A stretch of DNA of 64,000 bases. It comes from Candidatus Woesearchaeota archaeon. GTDB taxonomy: Archaea; Nanobdellota; Nanobdellia; Pacearchaeales; GW2011-AR1. The position numbers and the translations under genes were made by a program. Below, in pieces: positions 27,196 through 36,938 of this stretch. Positions within the stretch are counted from its first letter, which is position 1. Every line of letters starts with the position of its first letter. The notes below the pieces were generated by a model. The model was not told the origin of the DNA. It saw nothing but the letters and a program-made list of their open reading frames with translations, and made no database searches. The DNA is taken from assembly GCA_964385425.1 (NCBI GenBank), contig CAYLOQ010000001.1:161420-225419 (forward strand), written 5' to 3'.

Positions 27196-28797
27196 TTAAT
27201 CACTAGCAAATTCTTCCACAAAATATTTGGGAGTTAATTTTTCACCAGTTGCCTTCTCTATTAAATCATCCCATTTATACATCATTCCCGGTTCAAAAAT
27301 ATGTTTTTTTAAATATTCCCCCATTTCCTTCTTTCCAGAATAATCAACATCCACTAAGGAATTTTTCTCTAAAATGTCTTTTGTTATTTTATTATGCAAT
27401 TGTGAAGCGAGTAATTCCCCAAGCACATAGTTATGATAATAAACAGGAGCTGAGGCAAGATGTAGTTTTGAGGCCCAGTCTGGCTTATCCCTATAAAAAT
27501 CAATAAACTGGTATTTTTTTACAAGATCCCACCAAAGTTTATTTAAATCCTGATCTGGATTCTCATAAAGACTCCCCTCAAAATTTACCATTACTTGGGC
27601 CCATCTAGAAAAGATCAGCTGAGTCATTTTCAACATATTTCTTATTTTCTCCCCCATCTCAGAATTTTCATCATACTTCTCAGAGTAATTCTTTAAGAAA
27701 GAAGGGTTTTTTGATTGTCTTCCAAAAAACATTGCAATAGATTCTGTTACAAAGGTGTGAGCTGTGTCCCTTAACACAAAGGGCAAATCAGGATTTATAA
27801 ATTCCCAATAAACTGCGTGACCTAGCTCATGAAGGGTCGTTGACATCCAGTGTTCATCATTTTTTATATTTTGCAGGATTCTTATATCTCCTCCCCTATC
27901 TAAATCCATTGCAAAAGCGTGTTGTGATTTTCCTTCTCTTTCATATAAATCGCTTCTTTTCAAAATTTCCTCAACATTGATTCCAATACTGTCATAAAAT
28001 TTCTTAGCAATCTCTAAAATATCCTGTTTAAAAAAACCATCTAAATCTACACCATATATCTCTGGGGCTTCTTGGAAAAACAAGTCCTGATAATGCCAAG
28101 GTCTTAACTCATCGATCTGGATTCCGAGTTTTTTAGAAAGGCTATTATCAATTTCATTTTTTATCTTCCTAAATGCTACATCTGTAGATTTTTCTAATTC
28201 TTCAAAGATATTTTTTACATCGGATATGTTTTGTTCATCTACTTCCAGAGACATAACATAATAATTCTCAAAACCCAACGATCTTGCAAGTTCATTTCTC
28301 AATTTTATAACATCTATAATTTCTTTTTCCACAAAAACTCCTTGTTCTTTGTTGGATTCCCAGGCTTCTTTTAACTTTTCGGAATTAGTTTCTGTTTTCA
28401 GTATTTTTTTTATTTCATTATCTGTAACCTTCTTATCTCCAATTTTAGCCCTAAATGTATTGAATTTCTGTTCTATTTCTATTTCCTTGGCAATGAGCTT
28501 ATTTATTAACTCCAGATCTCCCTGAGAAACTAAATATTCGTTGTGTAATATTTTTAATTGTCTCTTCAATAAGGGATCGTCTATATCTTCTTTTAAAAAA
28601 TTCTTTATTTTTTCAAATTCTTCCCTGTTATTATGTAATTTCTTTATCTCCTTCGCTGTTTCCTCATATTCCTGAAAATATTCTTGCTTACCTGTTGTAT
28701 AGGCCCCCCACCATGCTAAAGTTACTTTTTTAAATAAAGGTTTATATTTTTCTAAATAAGATTCGATAAAGGTTTCTATTTCCTTTTTGTCCATCAA
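27196..28797 (-). CDS. Zinc metallopeptidase (M3/M2-like gluzincin)
   Basis: HELGH and downstream TES; HLASAPVYYHNY. Confidence 0.85.
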   Translation of the reverse strand: MMDKKEIETFIESYLEKYKPLFKKVTLAWWGAYTTGKQEYFQEYEETAKEIKKLHNNREEFEKIKNFLKEDIDDPLLKRQLKILHNEYLVSQGDLELINKLIAKEIEIEQKFNTFRAKIGDKKVTDNEIKKILKTETNSEKLKEAWESNKEQGVFVEKEIIDVIKLRNELARSLGFENYYVMSLEVDEQNISDVKNIFEELEKSTDVAFRKIKNEIDNSLSKKLGIQIDELRPWHYQDLFFQEAPEIYGVDLDGFFKQDILEIAKKFYDSIGINVEEILKRSDLYEREGKSQHAFAMDLDRGGDIRILQNIKNDEHWMSTTLHELGHAVYWEFINPDLPFVLRDTAHTFVTESIAMFFGRQSKNPSFLKNYSEKYDENSEMGEKIRNMLKMTQLIFSRWAQVMVNFEGSLYENPDQDLNKLWWDLVKKYQFIDFYRDKPDWASKLHLASAPVYYHNYVLGELLASQLHNKITKDILEKNSLVDVDYSGKKEMGEYLKKHIFEPGMMYKWDDLIEKATGEKLTPKYFVEEFASD

Positions 28798-28865
28798 TAT
28801 ATTTCAGCATAAACCCTTATAAATATTTAGTTGATGAAATACGAAAAGTTCGATAAACGGGAGAA

Positions 28866-29270
28866 CTATTTACCCTTCTCAAAATCCAAGGCAGCAGAAT
28901 TAATACAGAAACGTTTTCCGGTTGGACAGTCTTTACTTTCTGGATGATCAAAAACATGTCCTAAATGTCCTCCACACCCGGAACAAAGAACTTCAGTTCT
29001 TGGAATTCCCAAACTAAAGTCTTTTTTTAACTCGACACTTCCACTTTTTTCCAAACCATAGAAGCTGGGCCAACCTGTTTTAGAATCAAACTTATCTTTA
29101 GAAGAAAATAACTCTTGCCCACAACCAGCACAAACACAGATCCCCTTAGATTTGTTATGCAAAAGTTTCCCCACCCCTGCAGGTTCTGTTCCTTTTTCCC
29201 TTAAAACTCTAAATTGTTCTGGACTAAGCTTTTTTTTCCATTCACCTTCAGATAAATTAATTTCATTCAT
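28866..29270 (-). CDS. msrB: Peptide-methionine (R)-S-oxide reductase
   Basis: [32 protein letters not shown]. Confidence 0.97.
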   Translation of the reverse strand: MNEINLSEGEWKKKLSPEQFRVLREKGTEPAGVGKLLHNKSKGICVCAGCGQELFSSKDKFDSKTGWPSFYGLEKSGSVELKKDFSLGIPRTEVLCSGCGGHLGHVFDHPESKDCPTGKRFCINSAALDFEKGK

Positions 29271-29320
29271 GATATGTAAAAAAACTAAACCTTTTTAATT
29301 ATTTACAAACTATAAAAATT

Positions 29321-30421
29321 ATGAAAAAATCAAAAGTCCTTGTAGCAATGTCTGGCGGCGTGGATTCTAGTGTGGCAGCGCTCTTGGCTAAAAAAGCAGG
29401 ATATGAAGTAATAGGGGCTTTCATGAAAAACTGGAGCGATACAAAAGATCCAATCACAGAGGAATGCTCATGGAAGGAAGATAGAAAAATAGCTATGAAA
29501 ATTGCTGCAAGACTGGAAATTCCACTCATCACATTAGATTTTGAGAAAGAATACAAAGCCTTGGTTGTTAACGAGATGTTCAAAAATTATAAGAAAGGCA
29601 TTACTCCAAATCCAGATATAGACTGTAATCAAAAAATAAAATTCCCTTTTCTGTGGGAAGCTGCAAAAAAACTAAAAGCGGATTTCATTATAACAGGGCA
29701 TTACGCGAGGATAAAAAAAAATAAAAAAGAAAAGTACGAACTCCTAAGGGCCAAGGATGAATCAAAAGATCAATCCTATTTCCTCTACAGGTTAAATAAA
29801 AATGACTTGAAACACTCCCTATTCCCGATTGGAGATTATACTAAAAAGAGAGTTAGAGAAATAGCCCACAAAAACAACTTCCCAAATTTTGATAGAAAAG
29901 GCACTGTAGGGATATGTTTTATTGGAAAAATAAACCTAAAAAAGTTTCTGCAAAAAAAGATTAAACCAAAAAAGGGAAAAATTTTCGATCCTGAAAGGAA
30001 AATTATTGGTGAGCATGACGGAATATATTACTATACGATAGGCCAAAGACTAGGACCTAGATTTGGAATAGAAATTAAAAAAGGCAAGGGAAAAGTAGAA
30101 AGATGGTACGTGGCTTCCAAAAATTTAAGAAAAAATGAAATTATAGCTGCCCCCATAAACCACCCTCTTTTGTATCGTAAAGAGATCATAGTAAAAAAAC
30201 CACACTGGATTTCAGACAAACCAAAGAAGAATAAAAAAATAAAGGTTTTGTCTAGAATAAGACAGGTCGGAGAACTGCTTCCAAGCAAACTCTCTTATGA
30301 TAAAAAGAAAAAAAGATTCGGAGTTGTTCTAGATACACCCATTACAGGAGTTTCAGAAGGCCAGGCAATTGTTCTCTACATCAAAGAAAAAGTTCTCGGG
30401 GGAGGTGTGATTGAATTTTAA
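29321..30421 (+). CDS. mnmA: tRNA U34 2-thiouridylase, bacterial MnmA type
   Basis: AMSGGVDSSV, TPNPDIDCN..IKF, TGHYA, KDQSYFL, GICFIG, YTIGQR, GQ..VLY. Confidence 0.95.
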   Translation: MKKSKVLVAMSGGVDSSVAALLAKKAGYEVIGAFMKNWSDTKDPITEECSWKEDRKIAMKIAARLEIPLITLDFEKEYKALVVNEMFKNYKKGITPNPDIDCNQKIKFPFLWEAAKKLKADFIITGHYARIKKNKKEKYELLRAKDESKDQSYFLYRLNKNDLKHSLFPIGDYTKKRVREIAHKNNFPNFDRKGTVGICFIGKINLKKFLQKKIKPKKGKIFDPERKIIGEHDGIYYYTIGQRLGPRFGIEIKKGKGKVERWYVASKNLRKNEIIAAPINHPLLYRKEIIVKKPHWISDKPKKNKKIKVLSRIRQVGELLPSKLSYDKKKKRFGVVLDTPITGVSEGQAIVLYIKEKVLGGGVIEF

Positions 30422-30422
30422 A

Positions 30423-30785
30423 ATGGTGAATTATCATGGAATAATTATCGACATAAGTCAAAAAGATAAATTTATCTTAGATAGATTAAAGGTTTTAAGT
30501 AAAAAGAAAGTTGGAAATTGGGTTCTTCATAATGTTGAAGTTAAGCCAAATAACATAGATAAAATAATAAAAGACTTACAAGAAAATATGATTGATAGTA
30601 AATTTTATTTTCATTTTTACAGAAATGATGAGTTAATAATTATATTCAAAAATAAAATTTTTAGAGTAAATACAGATAAATCATCTTGGAAAGATGCTAT
30701 TGAATGTGGAAAAAAATTAGGAATTCCAAAAGAACAATTAGATTTTTATCCTTACAGAATTGAAGATGAAAAATACTGGATTTGA
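30423..30785 (+). CDS. Hypothetical protein
   Basis: About 120-aa ORF directly after mnmA; FYFHFY and GIPKEQLDF. Confidence 0.65.
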   Translation: MVNYHGIIIDISQKDKFILDRLKVLSKKKVGNWVLHNVEVKPNNIDKIIKDLQENMIDSKFYFHFYRNDELIIIFKNKIFRVNTDKSSWKDAIECGKKLGIPKEQLDFYPYRIEDEKYWI

Positions 30786-30819
30786 ATAATTTTAAAAACA
30801 TCTCTATTCTCTATAAACC

Positions 30820-31377
30820 ATGGAACTTGACAAAGCAATCCAATCCAGAAAGAGTGTTAGAAAATTCAAGTCCAGAAAGCCAGATTACCAGCTCATTATT
30901 GAATGTATAGATGCCGCCAGGTATGCTCCAATGGCTGGAAACAATTATACCTTGAAATTTATTCTTATCGACAACCAGGAAATGATACAAAAAATAGCAG
31001 ATTGCGCACAACAACCATTTATTACTCAAGCACAATATGTTGTCGTTGTTTGCTCAAATCCGTCAAGAACAGCAAATTCCTATGGAAAAAGGGGGGAAAT
31101 GTATTGTAAACAACAGGCAGGTGCTGCAATAGAAAACTTCTTGCTTAAGATAGAAGAACTCGGGCTTTCCACCTGCTGGATTGGTCACTTTACAGAGGGT
31201 GAGATTAAGAGAGAACTAAAAATTCCAAAGGAAGTAAATGTAGAAGCTATGTTTCCCATAGGTTATGAATACGACAAAAAAAGAACGAAAAGAGTAAATA
31301 TCGATTTAGATAGGATTTTATATTTCAATAGATACAAACAAAAAAAACTTAGAAAACCAAGAAGGTTCAGTGCTTAA
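30820..31377 (+). CDS. Nitroreductase family protein
   Basis: AIQSRKSVRKF, ARYAP.AGN, GLSTCWIG, IGY. Confidence 0.92.
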   Translation: MELDKAIQSRKSVRKFKSRKPDYQLIIECIDAARYAPMAGNNYTLKFILIDNQEMIQKIADCAQQPFITQAQYVVVVCSNPSRTANSYGKRGEMYCKQQAGAAIENFLLKIEELGLSTCWIGHFTEGEIKRELKIPKEVNVEAMFPIGYEYDKKRTKRVNIDLDRILYFNRYKQKKLRKPRRFSA

Positions 31378-31421
31378 CAGAGCATACAAACCCTTAAATA
31401 ATTCTAGAGATATGTTTCTTA

Positions 31422-31880
31422 ATGCCCCATATTCATGATAAAATAGATTTCACTGTAGAAGTTTTTGTAGTTTGTAATAACCAGGTTTTATTAAGAAAGC
31501 ATGACAAATACAAGAAATGGTTAAGCGTTGGAGGACATATAGAACTAGATGAGGACCCAAATGAAGCCGCCGTTAGAGAAGTCCAAGAAGAAGTTGGGTT
31601 AGATATAAAACTTTCAGGGGTTGCTCCCTCATTCCAAGAAGAAAACTACCAAGAATTAATCCCCCCAAGATTTCTTAATAGACACAGGATAAATGAAAAT
31701 CATGAACACGTTACACTGGTCTTTTTTGCCAGATCAGATTGTAACGAATTAAAACTGTCCCAAAAAGAAATTAGTGAAGAATGTAGGTGGTTCTCTAAGG
31801 AAGAAATTGAAGAAAATTCCCACAATATTAGTGAAAGTATTCGGCATTATGCCTTAATAGCTCTATATGAATTAAAATAA
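31422..31880 (+). CDS. NUDIX hydrolase
   Basis: GGHIELDEDPNEAAVREVQEEVG. Confidence 0.92.
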   Translation: MPHIHDKIDFTVEVFVVCNNQVLLRKHDKYKKWLSVGGHIELDEDPNEAAVREVQEEVGLDIKLSGVAPSFQEENYQELIPPRFLNRHRINENHEHVTLVFFARSDCNELKLSQKEISEECRWFSKEEIEENSHNISESIRHYALIALYELK

Positions 31881-31891
31881 AAAATCAAAAC

Positions 31892-31912
31892 TCCGGGGAT
31901 TTTTTCCCCGGA
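31892..31912. terminator. Hairpin between the convergent NUDIX and ftsZ genes, followed by T-tracts on the ftsZ strand
   Basis: TCCGGGGA-TTTTT-TCCCCGGA, perfect 8-bp stem flanked by A-tracts. Confidence 0.65.
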
Positions 31913-31938
31913 ATAAAAAAATAAACCTTGTTTTCTGC

Positions 31939-33018
31939 CTACTTCCAGACTTCTATGCCTAGATCAGATATTTCTTTAGCCACTGGTTGTGCTTGCTCGT
32001 CAACAGATTTCCCTAGAACATACGGGGAACTAACTCCGGTCATGATAGTTATTACCCTAACTTTTCCTGTAAATTCCTTACTAATTCTAGCACCAATTAT
32101 TACCTGCGCTTCAGAACTCAAGTTTTCAGAGACGATTCTTCCGATCTGGTCAAATTCTTCTAACTTTAGATCAGGTCCACAAGTCACATGTATTAAAGCT
32201 CCACTAGCACCCGTGTAATCCACGTCAAGTAGAGGATGTGTAAGTGCTTGCCTTACAGCTTCACTAACACGTGCTGATGTATTGTCTTCTCCCATACCAA
32301 TAACTGCCACTCCACCTCCCCTCATAATCGTAGAAACGTCTGCGTAATCTAAGTTTATTAAACTAGGTAAGGTAATTGTCTCAACAATTCCCTTAATCAT
32401 TGTACTAACAAGCTCATTCGCAACAGCAAAAGCATGTTCTATAGGCAACTGTCCTGCGATATCTACTAGCCTATTGTTGTCAAGAACAATACATGTATCT
32501 GTTACTTCTCGCAACTCCTGTAATCCAAACTCGGCTTTATCAATCCTGGCTTTTTCAGATTCAAAAGGCATTGTAACAACACCAATAACCACTGCTCCTG
32601 TTTCCTTAGCAATCTGAGCAATTACAGGTCCTGCTCCTGTTCCTGTTCCGCCACCCAATCCCATCAAAACAAACACCATGTCTGCATCTGAAACAGCTTT
32701 CTTTATATCTACTAGAGCTTCTTTTGCAGCTTCTCTTCCTACTTGTGGCCTTCCCCCAGCACCGAGACCTTTAGTCATCTCCTTGCCCAAAAGGAGCTTT
32801 TCATCTGCCTTTGAAACACTCAAATGAAGTGCATCTGTGTTTGTCGCATAAATCGTGGCACCATTGATTCCCTGATTAAAGAGCCAAGTCACTGCATTAC
32901 AACCCATGCCCCCAACACCAATAACCTTAATATTGGCTTTCCCGGCACGCAACTCATCAAAGTTGATACTATGGGTTTCTGTTTTTTCTATTGCCTCTTT
33001 TGCAAAATCTAACACCAT
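31939..33018 (-). CDS. ftsZ: Cell division protein FtsZ
   Basis: VIGVGGMGCN, tubulin signature GLGGGTGTGAG, NLDYADV; GGAGG RBS. Confidence 0.98.
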   Translation of the reverse strand: MVLDFAKEAIEKTETHSINFDELRAGKANIKVIGVGGMGCNAVTWLFNQGINGATIYATNTDALHLSVSKADEKLLLGKEMTKGLGAGGRPQVGREAAKEALVDIKKAVSDADMVFVLMGLGGGTGTGAGPVIAQIAKETGAVVIGVVTMPFESEKARIDKAEFGLQELREVTDTCIVLDNNRLVDIAGQLPIEHAFAVANELVSTMIKGIVETITLPSLINLDYADVSTIMRGGGVAVIGMGEDNTSARVSEAVRQALTHPLLDVDYTGASGALIHVTCGPDLKLEEFDQIGRIVSENLSSEAQVIIGARISKEFTGKVRVITIMTGVSSPYVLGKSVDEQAQPVAKEISDLGIEVWK

Positions 33019-33236
33019 TTTTTTTAACCTCCTTCTAGCTCTATATTGGAAGCCAAACTCAAACCTTTTACAAAAGGTTTAAATAGTTTATGCACTTCCA
33101 ACTAACAATAAAGAATTCACCTCATACAAAAAATATTTCATTCGACTTGGCGGTTTGAATAAAATATTATAGAAAAACTAATATCTCTTTCTTTAAAAAT
33201 ATTTTGATTCTTGAAAATATATTTTTTTGAGCTTTT

Positions 33237-33902
33237 TTAGTCTTTTTCCAAAATTTCTGCCCGGATATTTTCCTCCTTACACAATTCCACAAACTCCTTA
33301 GCATCATCCTCACTTCCAACAATGCTCCCCCAATGCATCGGAATTGCCAGGGTTGGTTTTATTATCTTCGCTGCTTCTACAGCTTCTTCAGCACTCATTG
33401 TAAATCTTCCCCCAACAGGTAACAAGGCCACGAATTCTCTATCTGATTGTTTATAGCCTGTAAGTTTCTGCATTTCTGGAATAACATCTGTGTCTCCTGC
33501 GTGATATATCAAAACACCATTCGTCTTTACCAGATATCCAACCCAACCTTCTTCTTCAGGATGAAAATGTTTATCAATATTATAAGAAGCAATAGTAGAT
33601 ATTTCAACATCCCCCAAATCTAACTCCTGACCTGGTTCTACAATCTCTATCTTAATAGGAACATCGAACTTTGTTATCTTGCTCTGACAATCTGCAGGAG
33701 CAATTATTCTTGTTCCTTCTTTAACAATTTTATTCATATCTGCAACACTGCAGTGATCGTAATGGCTATGTGTCAAAAGAATTAAATCGGCTTTTTCAAA
33801 ACCTTCTTTAATATTGTAAGGGTCTATATAGATAATTCTTGAATTCTTAATCAAAAATCCTGCATGCCCTAGCCATTTTATTTCAACTTCTCCAATTTTC
33901 AT
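33237..33902 (-). CDS. MBL-fold metallo-hydrolase
   Basis: WLGHAGF, THSHYDH, YHAGDT, IPMHW. Confidence 0.92.
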   Translation of the reverse strand: MKIGEVEIKWLGHAGFLIKNSRIIYIDPYNIKEGFEKADLILLTHSHYDHCSVADMNKIVKEGTRIIAPADCQSKITKFDVPIKIEIVEPGQELDLGDVEISTIASYNIDKHFHPEEEGWVGYLVKTNGVLIYHAGDTDVIPEMQKLTGYKQSDREFVALLPVGGRFTMSAEEAVEAAKIIKPTLAIPMHWGSIVGSEDDAKEFVELCKEENIRAEILEKD

Positions 33903-33949
33903 ATCTTAAAGAAAAGCTATTAGTTTTTAAGGATTTTGCTACAAAATTC

Positions 33950-34444
33950 TTAATTTCCCCACGCAATTTTTTCTCCTGTTTTCAGCTTTTTATCTAAAAT
34001 CTCCAATTCCTCATAGATCCCTTCTATCAAATCATACTCTTTGGCTTCTTCCAAATCCACCCATTTAAAATCGGTGAGTGAATGGCAAAGCCTAACCTCT
34101 TCTCCAATAGGTTCGGCCCATAAACTAACAATAAGGCAAGGAACCTTATCTGGTCTAATATAAACCATGCTTGTTACATAGCCAATATTTTTAATCTCTA
34201 CCCCAACCTCCTCTTTAATTTCCCTCTTCAATAAATCCTCAAAAACATTATACCAATGGTGGGGTGTGTCTTTTTCCCTCAATACATAATCTAGTACTTC
34301 CATTTTCCCTCCAGGAACTGTCCAACGACCTGGAAAAGCCTTTTCCCAATCAGCTCTTTTAGTAATAAGAAATTTACCGTCCTTGACCAATATTCCTGTA
34401 ACAACGACATAATGTAATAAATTCCGATTATACATAGTTTCCAT
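33950..34444 (-). CDS. NUDIX hydrolase
   Basis: WTVPGGK...LKREIKEEVG. Confidence 0.88.
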   Translation of the reverse strand: METMYNRNLLHYVVVTGILVKDGKFLITKRADWEKAFPGRWTVPGGKMEVLDYVLREKDTPHHWYNVFEDLLKREIKEEVGVEIKNIGYVTSMVYIRPDKVPCLIVSLWAEPIGEEVRLCHSLTDFKWVDLEEAKEYDLIEGIYEELEILDKKLKTGEKIAWGN

Positions 34445-34487
34445 CTACTATAATTATATTTAAATAGTTCCTCAAAAAGTTTGACTA

Positions 34488-35090
34488 ATGGAACAAAAGA
34501 TACTTAGAGCATTTCTCCACAATCACGAATTAAAATTCAACGAAATAGAAAAGATAACACAAATTCGTTCCAACAACCTTACATATCACTTAAAGAAATT
34601 AATCAACAAAAACATTCTAAATAAGAAGGCAGGAAATTATCAATTGACAGAAATTTCTGAGGTCCTCATACCCTATATCTCGGATAAAAAATCTGTTCTT
34701 CCGGTGATCCTAATCTCTATAAAAAATACAAAAGGTGTTTTTCTTCATAAAAGGACAAAGAGACCCTATAAAGATAAATTAAGTCTCCCAGGGGGAAGAA
34801 TAAAATTAGGAGAAACAATTCCCCAGGCAACAGAAAGGATGATGAGAGAGAAATTTAAAATCAATTGTAAATTTAAAAAGATCAATTCAATCTCTCTGGA
34901 ACATGTAAAAAAGAACAGAAAAATTCTACATTCTTTCCTATTGGTTCTTGTAACAGCAACGACAAAAGATAAAATAAAATATACGAATATGAAAGACAGA
35001 GAAAAAATAATCTCTAGCGATTATAAATTAATAACACATGATTTTGACAAGGAGATAAAAATCAAAAATATTACTTCTAGAATCACTTAA
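34488..35090 (+). CDS. Winged-helix plus degenerate NUDIX domain protein (probable regulator)
   Basis: LKFNEI...SN.LTYHLKKL N-terminus; LSLPGGRIKLGETI C-terminus. Confidence 0.7.
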   Translation: MEQKILRAFLHNHELKFNEIEKITQIRSNNLTYHLKKLINKNILNKKAGNYQLTEISEVLIPYISDKKSVLPVILISIKNTKGVFLHKRTKRPYKDKLSLPGGRIKLGETIPQATERMMREKFKINCKFKKINSISLEHVKKNRKILHSFLLVLVTATTKDKIKYTNMKDREKIISSDYKLITHDFDKEIKIKNITSRIT

Positions 35091-36864
35091 TCAGTCCTTT
35101 CTTCTGATATTTCCAAAGTCTTGCGTATTCTCCTTGCTTTTTCAATAATACATTGTGGCTTCCTTGTTCAACTATATTTCCACCCTTTAGAACAATTATT
35201 CTATCAGCACTCTTTATAGTAGATAGCCTATGTGCAACAATTATCGCCGTCTTTCCTCTTAAAAGTTTTTCAATTCCCTCTTGAATTTTATTTTCGGTCT
35301 CAAGATCAAGAGAAGATGTGGGCTCATCTAAAACGAGTATTTTCTTACTCGCTAACAATGCTCTTGCAATTGCAATTCTTTGTTTCTCACCTCCTGACAG
35401 ACGTATACCTCTTTCTCCAACAGAGGTTTTTTCTTTTAAAGGTAAATTCTTAACAAAATCTTCTGAAGAAGATAACTTAATTACATCTAATACTTCGTCA
35501 TATTTGGCATCGGGGTTTGAAAATTTGATATTATTATAAATAGAATCATGAAATAAAACAGGTTCTTGTGGAACAACGCTCAGTTGATTTCTAAGAGAAT
35601 CTTGTTTCATATATTTTATATCCTGCCCATCAATTAAAATTTTTCCAGAATCAGGATCATAGAGTCTAAACAAAAGTCTTATCAAAGAAGTCTTTCCTTG
35701 GCCAGAGGGACCAACTATTGCAATTTTTTCTCCTGACTTAATCTTAAGGTTTAATTTATCAAAAATTCTTCTCTTTCCATAACTAAAAGTTACATTTTTA
35801 AATTCTACTTCTCCTTGGTTAATCTTAAACTCCTTAGCATCTGGAGAATCTGAAACGTTACTCTTTATTTTATCATATGAAAATAGTGCCTGAATATCTG
35901 ACATCGATTCATTAAAGCTACGCAAAGAATCAGAAAGCCCCACAATAGGAGCAATCATCCTACCGAAAGTTACAAATATAAAAACGGTTGTTCCAAGAGT
36001 TATATTCCCTTTTAAAAAACTTAAAAGTGAAAAATAGAGCAATAAAACAGTTCCAAGGCCTAAAGTAAATGACATCAAAACATTATAAATCCTATAATAA
36101 TCGTTAAATTTAATAAAAGATTTCCTAGACTTGCTTGTGAAACCAAGGTACTTCTTCTTAATTGAGTTTTCTTTTCCAAAAAGTTTGACTGATTCAAAAT
36201 TACTTAATATATTTGATAAAAAACCTTTTTCATTATCCAGATCTTCGTTATGGGATAATTTTGTTCTTGCCTGAATGCCGAATATTTTCCAACTAAAAAT
36301 TAATATTAGAACTCCTGTCCCTGTAGTGATTAGGGCAGGAATTAAATCAAAGTATGCAATTGAAAATAAAACAACAACAAGAGAAAAAATAGGAGGAAAC
36401 AATCTTTGAAAAGATAATTCAGTTAAAGAAACCGCTGCCTCACTCCCCCTATTTAATTTTGAAATCAGCTCTCCAGTTTTGTGTTTAGTATGGAATTCAT
36501 AATCGAGATCTATAACCTTATCAAAATATTTCTTTTTTGTATTCAAATCAATATTAGACATTAACCTATTCCTCCAATGCAATTGGAAGAAACGAAGAAT
36601 AGATCTAAATATGACAATTCCTAAGAACACAGATAAAATTACTGTGAAAATACTTAAAACCTCTGAGCTCAAATATTTTCCAGATAGATAAGCTTCTCCA
36701 TTATCAACTAGGAATTTTATTAATAAATTATCTGCAATCATCAAAACCTCAATTATTAAAGCAAGAAACATCAAAATAAAGAAATACTTTCTTTCACCTT
36801 TTATTAGGTTGTAAACTATTTTTAGATTTTCAAGAAAATGAATTTCCTTGTCTTTATTTTTCAT
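35083..36864 (-). CDS. ABC exporter, fused permease/ATPase (MsbA-like)
   Basis: 6-TM domain, GPSGQGKT, LSGGEKQR, LVLDEPTS, IVAHRL. Confidence 0.95.
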   Translation of the reverse strand: MKNKDKEIHFLENLKIVYNLIKGERKYFFILMFLALIIEVLMIADNLLIKFLVDNGEAYLSGKYLSSEVLSIFTVILSVFLGIVIFRSILRFFQLHWRNRLMSNIDLNTKKKYFDKVIDLDYEFHTKHKTGELISKLNRGSEAAVSLTELSFQRLFPPIFSLVVVLFSIAYFDLIPALITTGTGVLILIFSWKIFGIQARTKLSHNEDLDNEKGFLSNILSNFESVKLFGKENSIKKKYLGFTSKSRKSFIKFNDYYRIYNVLMSFTLGLGTVLLLYFSLLSFLKGNITLGTTVFIFVTFGRMIAPIVGLSDSLRSFNESMSDIQALFSYDKIKSNVSDSPDAKEFKINQGEVEFKNVTFSYGKRRIFDKLNLKIKSGEKIAIVGPSGQGKTSLIRLLFRLYDPDSGKILIDGQDIKYMKQDSLRNQLSVVPQEPVLFHDSIYNNIKFSNPDAKYDEVLDVIKLSSSEDFVKNLPLKEKTSVGERGIRLSGGEKQRIAIARALLASKKILVLDEPTSSLDLETENKIQEGIEKLLRGKTAIIVAHRLSTIKSADRIIVLKGGNIVEQGSHNVLLKKQGEYARLWKYQKKGLIK

Positions 36865-36938
36865 AAAAGAATAAGAGAAAAATCATTTAAAAATCTAGGG
36901 CTTCCACTCAACATCGTCCTCGGGAAAGGAATTTCTTA

